A DNA stretch of 16,641 bases from Clostridia bacterium. Lineage in GTDB: Bacteria > Bacillota > Clostridia > Christensenellales > Aristaeellaceae. Position 1 is the first letter of the stretch. Every line of letters begins with the position of its first letter. The notes under the pieces were generated by a model, which made no database searches, was not told the DNA's origin, and saw only the letters and a list, made by a program, of their open reading frames with translations. The translations under genes were made by a program, and so were the position numbers. Shown in pieces: positions 1-7,963 of the stretch. The stretch spans positions 1-16,641 of the forward strand of contig JAKSQG010000022.1 in the NCBI GenBank assembly GCA_024404275.1, in the 5' to 3' direction.

Positions 1-1162
1 GCACACCCATCAAGCCCACCGCGCCGCAGATAAAGGCCAGCTGCAGCACGATCTTGCCGCGTCCAAAGCCGCGTACATCGTTGAGGTCCAGCTTGTGCAG
101 GTGCAGATACACCACGCCCGCCGCCATGAACAGGATCAGCTTGAACAGCGAATGGTTGATCATGTAAAGCAGCGCGCCGCGGGCTGCCAGGGCATTTTCC
201 TCGCCCAGCAGGCAGCTCATGGCGATGCCGGTCAGGATGAAGCCGATCTGGCTCATCGAGGAGCATGCCAGCGTGCGCTTGAGGTTGACCGAGAAGACCG
301 CCAGCACAGCGCCGCCCAGCATGGTCACCATGGCCAGCATCAGCAGCAGGTTGCCCCAATCCGCGCTCTCACGGAAGATGTTGGCGGATACGGCAATAAC
401 GCCGAACACGCCCGTCTTGGTCAGAATACCGGAAAGCAGCGCCGAAGCCGGGGCGGGAGCCACCGGGTGCGCCTTGGGCAGCCAGATGTGCAGCGGGAAC
501 ATGCCCGCCTTGGCGCCAAAGCCCAGCAGAATGCAGATGCACGCCGCAAAGATGGTGCCCTTATCGGCGCATTCCTCGGCCGCCTCGTACAGCTCGGCAA
601 TGACCAGCGTGCCCAGGGTGAATTTGAGGATCATCAGACCCACCAGCATCACCATGCCGCCGATGACAGCCACCGCCAGATAGGTCTCCGCGGCACGCAT
701 GGCCCCCGCGTTCTCATCATGTGCCACCCACGTGTAGGAGGTGAAGGACATGATCTCAAAGAAAATGAAGGTGGTGTACAGGTCCGCCGAGAGGAACACG
801 CCCAGCGTGGCGCCCAGCGTCATCAGGTAGAAGAAGTAATAACGGTTGCGGTTGTGATAGTGATGGGCAAAGTATTGCTTCGACAGCATCGCCGTGCCCA
901 GCCACATCACGCCCGCCACGGTGGTGTACACCGCACGGAAGCCATCCAGCACAAAGTTCAGACCAAAGCCGCAGAAGCCGCCGATGGTCAGCGAAATGGC
1001 CGCGCCGTTGATGGTGGATACCAGCAGCACCAACACCAGTGCCAGCACAGCGGCGCAGGTGCCGATCACAAACAGGTCACGGACAGGCTTGTTTTTGCGG
1101 CCGATGAGGTAGGAAACAAGGGCCGCCAGCATGGGGCCGAAAACCAGAATCGCAAGACTCAT
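1..1162 (-). CDS. Antiporter-like membrane subunit, paralogue 4 (NuoL/MrpA/MrpD/HyfB proton-conducting transporter family); 3' end cut off by the window edge
   Basis: Absent from the ORF track because it has no stop codon inside the window. ATG at 1162..1160 follows AGGAGGG (reverse complement of 1169..1175) with a 6-nt spacer. The frame stays open for 387 codons to the window edge. My translation starts MSLAILVFGPMLAALVSYLIGRKNKP. It contains FFEIMSFTSY, GFGAKAGMFPLHIWLPKAHPVAPAPASALLSGILTKTG and NHSLFKLILFMAAG, which are hallmarks of this family. It begins 13 nt after the stop of the upstream paralogue. Confidence 0.85.
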   Translation of the reverse strand, partial: MSLAILVFGPMLAALVSYLIGRKNKPVRDLFVIGTCAAVLALVLVLLVSTINGAAISLTIGGFCGFGLNFVLDGFRAVYTTVAGVMWLGTAMLSKQYFAHHYHNRNRYYFFYLMTLGATLGVFLSADLYTTFIFFEIMSFTSYTWVAHDENAGAMRAAETYLAVAVIGGMVMLVGLMILKFTLGTLVIAELYEAAEECADKGTIFAACICILLGFGAKAGMFPLHIWLPKAHPVAPAPASALLSGILTKTGVFGVIAVSANIFRESADWGNLLLMLAMVTMLGGAVLAVFSVNLKRTLACSSMSQIGFILTGIAMSCLLGEENALAARGALLYMINHSLFKLILFMAAGVVYLHLHKLDLNDVRGFGRGKIVLQLAFICGAVGLMGV

Positions 1163-1175
1163 GGACGTCCCTCCT

Positions 1176-2639
1176 TTACACCACGCCGGCAGTCAGCGTT
1201 TCAAGCACGCCGACCACCTGACTGGAAAACAGGCCGAAAAGCACAATGACCGCCGCCAGCACCGCCAGCGTCACCTTCATCTGCCAGCCGGGATCGCAGT
1301 TTTTGCCCGCCTCGACAACGCCCGAGGGCTCCAGCGGACGGAAGCACATGTAGAAGGCCGGTCCCATCAGGTAGACCGCCGTCAGAATGGCGGAAATGAG
1401 CAGCGCCGCCAGACCGATAAGACCCACCGCGCCGCAGGAGGCTGCCGCGGTACCGATCATCACCTTGCTGACAAAGCCGGGCAGCAGGGGCGTACCCATC
1501 AGGCCAAGCGCCGCCAGCACATACGCCGCGCAGGTGAAGGGCATCACCTTGCCCAGACCGCGCAGCTGCTCGATCTGCGTGCGGCCGGTATCCACCAGCA
1601 CCGCACCCGCGCAGTAGAACAGCGAAATCTTGATCACCGCGTGGAAGACCATGTGGGTCAATCCCGCGGTCAGACCCTGCACCGTCATCAGGCTGGCCGC
1701 CATGATGATATAGGACAGGTTGGACACCGTTGAATACGCCAGACGGCGCTTGAAGTGATGCTCCTTGACGGCCATCGAAGAGCCGTACACAATGGTCAGC
1801 GACGCCAGCACCACAGCGATCACCTGCGCAGGCGTGCCCAGCAAAAGCGAAGCGCCGATGCTGAAATACGTCATGCGGATGATGGCGAACACGCCCGACT
1901 TGACCACCGCCACCGCGTGCAGCAGGGCGGTCACGGGCGTCGGAGCCACGGAAGCGCTCGGCAGCCACGCGTGCAGCGGGAACACCGCCGCCTTGACGCC
2001 AAAGCCCAGGAACATGCACAGATAGCCCGCCTGCAGCAGCAGCGGATGCTCCGCGGCAAAAGCCGCGCCCATCACGCCGCCGGGGACAAAATCGGTGGTA
2101 CCGGCAAAGCCCAGCACGATCATGATGCCGGCAAAGGCCAGCGCCGCACCGAAGAAGGAATACAGCATGTACTGCCGTCCGGCGTGCAGCGACTCCTCCT
2201 CGGAGCCGTGCATGACCAGCGGCATGGTGCACAGCGTCAGGCACTCATAGAACACATACATCGTGATCAGGTTCGCCGCCGTGCTGATGCCCAGCGTCAC
2301 ACCGTAGGTGATGGTGTACAGGGCCAGAAAATGGTTCTCGCCGCCCTCATGCTTCATGTATTCAAAGGCATACAGCGAAGCCAAAGGCCAGAGGAAGATC
2401 ACAATGGCGGTAAACACCGTGCCCACGCCGTCGATGGCAAAGCGAAGGGCGATCTTATCCGTCAGCTGCAGCAGCACCGCGCCCGCCGTTTCGGGATGAA
2501 ACAGGCACCAGGCGCCCAGCAGCGAGGTCGCGATCACCGCCGCCTCCACAAACAGGGAGCGCGCGCGGGACGACTTCGGCTGCCAGCCCAGCAGGATCAG
2601 CCCCGCCGCGATGGGCAGTAGAATGGTGATTAAAAGCAT
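1176..2639 (-). CDS. Antiporter-like membrane subunit, paralogue 3 (MrpD/NuoM/NuoL family, 487 aa)
   Basis: Intact 487-aa ORF that is hydrophobic throughout. Motifs: YVFYECLTLCTMPLV (TM5 Glu), GFGVKAAVFPLHAWLPSASVAPTPVTALLHAVAVVKSG and HAVIKISLFYCAG. GGAG lies 6 nt upstream of the ATG at 2639. Stop codon is TAA. Confidence 0.9.
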   Translation of the reverse strand: MLLITILLPIAAGLILLGWQPKSSRARSLFVEAAVIATSLLGAWCLFHPETAGAVLLQLTDKIALRFAIDGVGTVFTAIVIFLWPLASLYAFEYMKHEGGENHFLALYTITYGVTLGISTAANLITMYVFYECLTLCTMPLVMHGSEEESLHAGRQYMLYSFFGAALAFAGIMIVLGFAGTTDFVPGGVMGAAFAAEHPLLLQAGYLCMFLGFGVKAAVFPLHAWLPSASVAPTPVTALLHAVAVVKSGVFAIIRMTYFSIGASLLLGTPAQVIAVVLASLTIVYGSSMAVKEHHFKRRLAYSTVSNLSYIIMAASLMTVQGLTAGLTHMVFHAVIKISLFYCAGAVLVDTGRTQIEQLRGLGKVMPFTCAAYVLAALGLMGTPLLPGFVSKVMIGTAAASCGAVGLIGLAALLISAILTAVYLMGPAFYMCFRPLEPSGVVEAGKNCDPGWQMKVTLAVLAAVIVLFGLFSSQVVGVLETLTAGVV

Positions 2640-2649
2640 CTTTTACTCC

Positions 2650-4119
2650 TTACAGCAGCGCCGCGGCAGCCTGAGTGGCAGCGTTCATCAGCGGCTGGGC
2701 AAAAATACCCGTCAGCACCACACCCGCGGCCAGCAGGCACAGCGGCACCAGCATTTTGAGGCCGGGTTCCTTCTTTTCCAGGGTGCTGTAATCAAAGTCG
2801 CTGCCCGGGAAGAAGCCGTGAATGGTGACCGGCAGCAGATAGGCCGCCGTCAGCAGGGCGGAGATGATCAGCACGACAGGGCCGACAATGGACAGGGCGC
2901 CCATGCCGTCCGCGAGGGAGCCGGTGGCCAGCAGCCACTTGCTGACAAAGCCCATGGTGGGCGGAATGCCGATCAGACCCAGAGAAGCAATGGTCCAGCA
3001 CCAGATGACGATGGGCATCTGCTTGCCGATGGCGCGCAGGTCACGCACATAGGTCTTGCCGGTCTGATGGATGATGGCGCCGGCGCACAGGAACAGCGTG
3101 TTCTTGATGACCGAGTGACCCACCACATGCAGCAGCGCGCCGCAGAAGGCGTCCGCCGTCAGGCAGGAAAGGCCAAACAGCACGTAGCTCACCTGGGACA
3201 CGGTCGAATACGCCAGACGCTTTTTCATCAGCGGCTCGCAGTAAGCCAGCATGGAGCCCATGAACACCGTGAACAGCGTCAGGCACATGAAGGTCGTCTG
3301 CACCCACGTGCCGCGCAGGGCGGCCGCGCCGATGAGGAAGTAAATGATGCGGATGATGGCCAGCACGCCGGCTTTGGTGATGACACCGGAAAGCACAGCG
3401 GAAGCGGGCGCCGGGGCGACCGGGTGAGCCGTCGGCAGCCAGCCGTGCATGGGGAACATACCGGCCTTGGTGCCAAAGCCCAGAATGACCAGGAAAGTGA
3501 TGATCAGCACCAGCGAGGAGGGCGTGCCGTTTACCACGCCGCCCGCCACAAAGTTGACGGTGCCCAGCTCATTCTGGAACACAAAGATGCCCAGCAGACC
3601 CAGCATGGCGCCGAAGATGGAGTAGATCAGGTACTTGCTGCCCGCAGCGACCGCCTGAGGCGTACGCTCGTGCACCACCATGGGCACGGAGAGCAATGTC
3701 ATCAGCTCATAGAACACATACAGCGTGATCATGGAGCCGGCGCAGCACTGACCGATGAGGGCGGACAGCACCGTCATATAGAACATCTGATACAGCCTTT
3801 CGCGGGCGGGATCGTCATGCTCCATATACTCAAGGGCAAACACGCTGCCCACCAGCCACATGGCGCTCATCAGCACCGCAAACAGGCAGCCCACGGTATC
3901 CACCTTGAAGAAAACCGCCAGAGTGGGCGTCAGGTTGAGCAGCACCAGTTCGGTGCCGCAGCCAAAGCACATGCCAATGGTCAGGGCCAGCTCAACGCCC
4001 AGCGCGGCGCAGTTGCACAGACCGCGCAGACGGCGGTCTTCCCTCAGGGCCGGCAGCAGATAGATGGCCAGTCCGGAAAGCGCAGGCCAGAATACCGCAA
4101 GGATCACCAACAGATTCAT
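2650..4119 (-). CDS. Antiporter-like membrane subunit, paralogue 2 (MrpD/HyfB/MbhH-like, 489 aa)
   Basis: Intact 489-aa polytopic ORF. Motifs: YVFYELMTLLSVPMV, GFGTKAGMFPMHGWLPTAHPVAPAPASAVLSGVITKAG and HSVIKNTLFLCAG. AAAGGAG RBS lies upstream of the ATG at 4119. Stop codon is TAA. Confidence 0.9.
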   Translation of the reverse strand: MNLLVILAVFWPALSGLAIYLLPALREDRRLRGLCNCAALGVELALTIGMCFGCGTELVLLNLTPTLAVFFKVDTVGCLFAVLMSAMWLVGSVFALEYMEHDDPARERLYQMFYMTVLSALIGQCCAGSMITLYVFYELMTLLSVPMVVHERTPQAVAAGSKYLIYSIFGAMLGLLGIFVFQNELGTVNFVAGGVVNGTPSSLVLIITFLVILGFGTKAGMFPMHGWLPTAHPVAPAPASAVLSGVITKAGVLAIIRIIYFLIGAAALRGTWVQTTFMCLTLFTVFMGSMLAYCEPLMKKRLAYSTVSQVSYVLFGLSCLTADAFCGALLHVVGHSVIKNTLFLCAGAIIHQTGKTYVRDLRAIGKQMPIVIWCWTIASLGLIGIPPTMGFVSKWLLATGSLADGMGALSIVGPVVLIISALLTAAYLLPVTIHGFFPGSDFDYSTLEKKEPGLKMLVPLCLLAAGVVLTGIFAQPLMNAATQAAAALL

Positions 4120-4153
4120 ACTCGTTTCTCCTTTATGTCTAACTCATTGAAGG

Positions 4154-5644
4154 TTACACGATCGCCTGAAGCGCCGTCTGCAGAATGGGCAGCAGCGTTT
4201 GAGACATCAGGCCGAAGACCACATTGACCGCAAGCAGCACCGCCAGCGCCGCGGTAGTCAGCCGGCTGCCCTTGACACGCTGTTCCTTCATGCCCTCGCG
4301 GGGGCTGAAGAAGGAAGAAGCCGTGCCGAGGAAGTAAGCGGCATTGAGCAGTGTCGACACCACCATGGCCGCCAGCGTCAGCGCAAGCCGCCAGCCGCCG
4401 CAGGCAATGGCCGCCTCCGCCATGGTCACCTTGGTGATAAAGACCGACAGCAGCGGCACACCCACCAGGTTGGCACCGCCTACCGCGAAACAGACCGCCG
4501 CCAGCGGCGAGCGGTAGAACACGCCGCGCAGGTCCCTTCGCTGATGCGTGCCGCCCGAAGCCTCGTCCAGCACGCTGCCGGACAGGAACAGCAGGGATTT
4601 GGTCATGGAGTGCGCCAGCAGGTGCCACAGCGCCGCCAGCATGCCCAGCTCGTTGCCCAGACCCAGCGCCATGTAGATGTAGCCGATCTGAGCGATGGAA
4701 GAGTAGGCCGTCATCATACGCGTCGTGCGGGAACGTACCGCCTTGACCGAGCCCATGATCATGCCCGCGCAGCCCATCACCAGAATGACGTTCAGAATGC
4801 CCGTTTGTCTGACCAGCTCAAAGCCGATGACACGGGTATAGATCTTGATAAGAAGGAAAATATAGCTCTTGCTGATCACGCTGGACAAAAGTGCCGAAGC
4901 CGTGGGCAGCGCATTGGGATAGGCACCGGGCAGCCACTTTTCAAAGGGATACAGGCCGCTCTTCATGCCAAGACCCAGGGTGATGAGCAGCAGCGCCATC
5001 AGCAGCGGCACACGGTACTGACCATTCAGGTCCAGCGTCGCCAGCGTTTCACGCAGCGGCACCATGAGCAATTGCCCCGTGATGATGTACAGCAGCACCA
5101 CGCCCAGCAAGAACATCGAAGAACCGATCAGGTTCATGATCAGGTAGCGCGCGCCGCCCGCCAGGCTGCGGCCGTTCTGACGGGACATCGTCAATCCCGC
5201 CGCCGCCAGCGTGTTGATCTCAATAAAAACATAGGCGGTAAACAGGTCGTTGGTATACACCAGCGCCAGCATGGCCAACGTTGCCAGATCGCACAGGATG
5301 CAGAAAAGGGCGGATTTGCTCTTTTCCACGCCCACCGTGCTGCGCTTCATGCCGGCCAGCACCGCCAGCAGGATGACGGTCAGCAGCACCTGCGCCGCCA
5401 GCGCCTCGGCCACGCCCACGCGGATCTCATTGCCCCACGGAGCGGCAAAATGACCCATGCGGAAGGCAAAGCTTTCACCCGTGCGCAGCACATCGGCCAG
5501 CGTAAAGGCGTTCAGCACCCAGTCCGCGCCCAGAATGAACACCGTCATCATGCGCGCTTTTTTGCCGCTCAGCACAGAGGATATGACCGTGCAGATGAGC
5601 GTCAGCAAAATGCAGAAGAAGGGAAAATTCTGTACAAACCGCAT
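4154..5644 (-). CDS. mrpD: Mrp antiporter subunit D-like protein, paralogue 1 (divergent, 496 aa), in the MrpD/MbhH position directly after subunit C
   Basis: Intact 496-aa polytopic ORF. The N-terminal HFAAPWGNEIRVGVAEAL resembles the MrpD/MbhH 'GgW..PfGI..v.D' region. Motifs: YVFIEINTLAAAGL, GLGMKSGLYPFEKWLPGAYPNALPTASALLSSVISKSY (degenerate core motif) and HSMTKSLLFLSGS. The ATG at 5644 overlaps the upstream TGA by 1 nt (TGATG) and is preceded by GGAGAGGAGG. Confidence 0.85.
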   Translation of the reverse strand: MRFVQNFPFFCILLTLICTVISSVLSGKKARMMTVFILGADWVLNAFTLADVLRTGESFAFRMGHFAAPWGNEIRVGVAEALAAQVLLTVILLAVLAGMKRSTVGVEKSKSALFCILCDLATLAMLALVYTNDLFTAYVFIEINTLAAAGLTMSRQNGRSLAGGARYLIMNLIGSSMFLLGVVLLYIITGQLLMVPLRETLATLDLNGQYRVPLLMALLLITLGLGMKSGLYPFEKWLPGAYPNALPTASALLSSVISKSYIFLLIKIYTRVIGFELVRQTGILNVILVMGCAGMIMGSVKAVRSRTTRMMTAYSSIAQIGYIYMALGLGNELGMLAALWHLLAHSMTKSLLFLSGSVLDEASGGTHQRRDLRGVFYRSPLAAVCFAVGGANLVGVPLLSVFITKVTMAEAAIACGGWRLALTLAAMVVSTLLNAAYFLGTASSFFSPREGMKEQRVKGSRLTTAALAVLLAVNVVFGLMSQTLLPILQTALQAIV

Positions 5645-6024
5645 CAGACTTCCTCCTCTCCGGCCAGACGGATGATCTCATCGATATCCATCGTGTGATA
5701 ACGGGCGTACAGGCGCACCGCCAGTGCCAGCGACAGCGCGCTGACCGATACCGATACCACAATGCCCGTCAGCACCAGTCCCGCGGGAATGGGGTTGATA
5801 TAGGCTTCCATCGCCTGCACACCGTCCGCCACGATGGGGGCGGCACGGCCGGTGATGTAGCCCTGACAGGCCAGAAACAGGTAGGCTGCCGAATCCATGA
5901 TGTCCATGCCGATGATCTTTTTGAACAGATTGCGGGAGAACAGCAGCATGGCAAAGCCAATGCAGATCAGCGCCACCGAGGCGACCTCGGGGAAATTGCC
6001 CGTCAGACGTTCCCAGATGCCCAT
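5644..6024 (-). CDS. mrpC: Mrp/Mnh antiporter subunit C (NuoK-like)
   Basis: Small protein with three TM helices. RNLFKKIIGMDIMDSAAYLFL and INPIPAGLVLTGIVVSVSVSALSLALAV match the MnhC/NuoK pattern. I prefer the ATG at 6024..6022, which has GGGGAG 5 nt upstream and overlaps the upstream TGA by 1 nt. The track starts one codon earlier, at the GTG at 6027. Stop codon is TGA. Confidence 0.85.
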   Translation of the reverse strand: MGIWERLTGNFPEVASVALICIGFAMLLFSRNLFKKIIGMDIMDSAAYLFLACQGYITGRAAPIVADGVQAMEAYINPIPAGLVLTGIVVSVSVSALSLALAVRLYARYHTMDIDEIIRLAGEEEV

Positions 6025-7010
6025 CACAGCTCCCCCTTTCTGAACATGGCATAGAAGCAGTACATCGTGCAGGTCACGATAAAGCCGACGCAGATGTTCA
6101 GCACCAGGATGAGGCCGCTGGACAGGATCGCGCCCGGGGTTCCCAGCGGAATGATGCTTTCAATGTGATTGGCTCCCGTGTAGAAGGAATAGCACTTGCT
6201 CAGCGCGTAGGTGAGCAGGCTCAGCAGCACCACCCGCTGATAGGTCTTGTAGGTAAAAAAGCGGCGGATATCATCAAAGCCGAAGGCAATGGCCCACAGC
6301 GTCAGGCCCGCGCCCATGATGGCGCCGCCCGAGAAGCCGCCGCCGGGCGACAGGTGACCGTTCAGAACAATGTACACGCCAAAGAGCAGGATGACCGGCA
6401 CCAGAATGCGCGCCGAGCCCTGCAGGATGCTGTCGTGCTGCGGCTCATAGAAGTTGTCGCTGTGCGGGGCACGCACGGCCTCCGCCGCCAGCGGGCTCCA
6501 TTTTTCGGATTCTTCATCCCGGCGCAGCAGCAGCAGTACCACGATCGCCGCCGTAAACAGCACCGTGCTTTCGCCCAAAGTATCAAAGGCACGGTAATCC
6601 AGGATCATACCGGTCACAATGTTGACGGCGCCGGTCTCCTGCAATCCCTGCTCGATGTACCGTCTGGAAACATCGTTGTTGATGGGGTGCTCGGCACTGC
6701 CAAAGCCGGGCAGGAAGCTGACGGTGTACAGCATCACCGCCAAAAACACTAGCATGATCAGCGTGCAAAGCAGCTTGTACAGCCCTCTTGCCTGCTTTTC
6801 GCCGCCCGAGCGGTTCCATCTGCGCAGAAGACCCTCCACGCGCTGTTCCTCGCTGTGCTCCGCCTCATAACGCCGCTGTTCCTCGGCATTGTAGGTGTAA
6901 AAGTCCTGTCCAGCCTCCGCGGTCTCCTGCTCGGACATGTGCCTGTCCAGCGGTTCCTGCGTCAGCCGGTCCAGAAGCTGCTTCAAAACCGAACGGGAAT
7001 CGTCACTCAT
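6024..7010 (-). CDS. mrpB: Fused MbhE-like (MrpA C-terminal part) and MrpB/MnhB subunit with a hydrophilic N-terminal extension
   Basis: The first half carries NIVTGMILDYRAFDTLGESTVLF, the DYRGFDTLGE-type MnhB-domain motif of the MrpA C-terminus/MbhE. The second half carries LNGHLSPGGGFSGGAIMGAG, the GH.APGGGF.GG motif of MrpB. About 85 N-terminal residues are charged and non-membrane. I prefer the ATG at 7010 (GGGGAGG 9 nt upstream). The track uses the ATG at 7019, where the SD abuts the start codon. Stop codon is TGA. Confidence 0.8.
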   Translation of the reverse strand: MSDDSRSVLKQLLDRLTQEPLDRHMSEQETAEAGQDFYTYNAEEQRRYEAEHSEEQRVEGLLRRWNRSGGEKQARGLYKLLCTLIMLVFLAVMLYTVSFLPGFGSAEHPINNDVSRRYIEQGLQETGAVNIVTGMILDYRAFDTLGESTVLFTAAIVVLLLLRRDEESEKWSPLAAEAVRAPHSDNFYEPQHDSILQGSARILVPVILLFGVYIVLNGHLSPGGGFSGGAIMGAGLTLWAIAFGFDDIRRFFTYKTYQRVVLLSLLTYALSKCYSFYTGANHIESIIPLGTPGAILSSGLILVLNICVGFIVTCTMYCFYAMFRKGEL

Positions 7011-7293
7011 GCGTTTCATCCTCCCCGTTCTTGTCTTTTTTCTTTTTCAGTTCGTTGCGCGCATCGATGGCGTGGATCTTTTTCAGCGCCAGGATCATCA
7101 GAAGGCCCGTAATGCCCGCGCCCACCGCGGCCTCGGTAATGGCCAGATCGGGCGACTCCATGAAGATCCACACAATGCTCATCAGAAGGGAAAAGCTCAT
7201 ATAAATGATGACCGATACCAGCAGGTTATCGCTCAGCGCGGTCGCCGCGGCGCAGATCACCAGCAGGATCAGCAGCAGCTGCATAAAACCCAT
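7003..7293 (-). CDS. MbhD-like / DUF4040 small membrane subunit (corresponds to part of the MrpA C-terminal domain)
   Basis: 96-aa ORF with three hydrophobic helices. It carries the motif ESPDLAITEAAVGAGITG, which is typical of DUF4040/MbhD and the MrpA C-terminal domain. The ATG at 7293 overlaps the upstream TAA by 1 nt (TAATG). Stop codon is TGA. Confidence 0.75.
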   Translation of the reverse strand: MGFMQLLLILLVICAAATALSDNLLVSVIIYMSFSLLMSIVWIFMESPDLAITEAAVGAGITGLLMILALKKIHAIDARNELKKKKDKNGEDETHE

Positions 7294-7646
7294 TATGCTT
7301 CCTCCCCCTTTTCTTCTTCATTCAGCGTTTTTGTATGCACGGTCATTTCCTTATCACGCTGCTCATTGGTCTCAATTTCCAGCCGGCACAGCAGATGGCT
7401 GCACACGGGACCGGAGACCCACATCAGCGCCACGATCAAAATCAGCTTGACCGCCGTAAAAACATCCGGCGCGCTGACGGCCAGTCCCAGCAGGCACAGG
7501 CCCACACCCAGCGTATCCCCAATGGCCGCCGCGTGCATGCGAGTAGCCGCATAGCGGAAGCGGAACACGCCCAGTACGCTCACGCCCAGGCAAAACAACC
7601 CCATCACCAGCAGCACCGCTGTCAGGGCAAAACGCACAGCTTCCAT
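7293..7646 (-). CDS. mrpG: Mrp/Mnh antiporter subunit G
   Basis: 117 aa with three TM helices. FRFRYAATRMHAAAIGDTLGVGL and the later ALMWVSGPVCSHLL fit the MnhG/PhaG pattern. Its position after subunit F also fits. The ATG overlaps the upstream TGA by 1 nt. Stop codon is TAA. Confidence 0.8.
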   Translation of the reverse strand: MEAVRFALTAVLLVMGLFCLGVSVLGVFRFRYAATRMHAAAIGDTLGVGLCLLGLAVSAPDVFTAVKLILIVALMWVSGPVCSHLLCRLEIETNEQRDKEMTVHTKTLNEEEKGEEA

Positions 7647-7963
7647 CAGCGATCTTCCTCCCCGTCTTTCTGCTGCTCCTGATGGCGGCGTTCACGGTAC
7701 AAGCCGGTATACACCTTGCACAGCAGCACCACCGCCAGAAAACTGATCATGGCGTACACCAGGCCCACATCAGCCAGATAGCCCTCGCCCAGCATCACGC
7801 ACAGCACACCCACCATGATGATGGTCAGCGTCGACAGCATGTTGATGGCAATGATGCGGTCGGATACCCGCGGTCCCAGCACACAGCGAACCAGGCAGCA
7901 CAGTGCCAGCACGCCCAGCACCACCAGAGCGCCCGTCAAAAGCAATTGAAGCGCGTCACTCAT
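7646..7963 (-). CDS. mrpF: Mrp/Mnh antiporter subunit F
   Basis: LGPRVSDRIIAINMLSTLTIIMV and YLADVGLVYAMISFLAVVLL fit the MnhF/MrpF pattern. I prefer the ATG at 7963, which forms an ATGA overlap with the subunit E stop and has AAGGAGGA 6 nt upstream. The track ORF extends to 8002. Stop codon is TGA. Confidence 0.8.
   Translation of the reverse strand: MSDALQLLLTGALVVLGVLALCCLVRCVLGPRVSDRIIAINMLSTLTIIMVGVLCVMLGEGYLADVGLVYAMISFLAVVLLCKVYTGLYRERRHQEQQKDGEEDR

Noticed and set aside
95-1249. Long plus-strand ORFs across the window (95..1249, 1131..1733, 1755..2621, 2611..4227, 4199..5698, 6165..6752, 6937..7554, 7682..8269, 7903..8553, 9668..10408, 10545..11828, 11906..13918, 14396..15043, 15098..16285)
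   Set aside because: Each lies antisense to a minus-strand gene that has clear family motifs, an RBS and sensible junctions. Their translations are low-complexity Arg/His/Gln/Gly/Ala-rich strings with no recognisable domains and no Shine-Dalgarno sequences. These are typical shadow ORFs of GC-rich DNA.
1201-2244. Alternative-frame minus-strand ORFs (1201..2244, 4116..4628, 5475..5762, 5678..6052, 7372..7695, 8048..8542, 9129..9674, 12901..13302, 13488..13916, 16301..16579 and similar)
   Set aside because: They are fully nested in, or overlap, well-supported genes in another frame. They are Arg/Gly/Pro/Ala-rich and have no motifs or RBS. The 13488..13916 ORF in particular is displaced by the in-frame N-terminal segment of the kinase, which starts at 13891.
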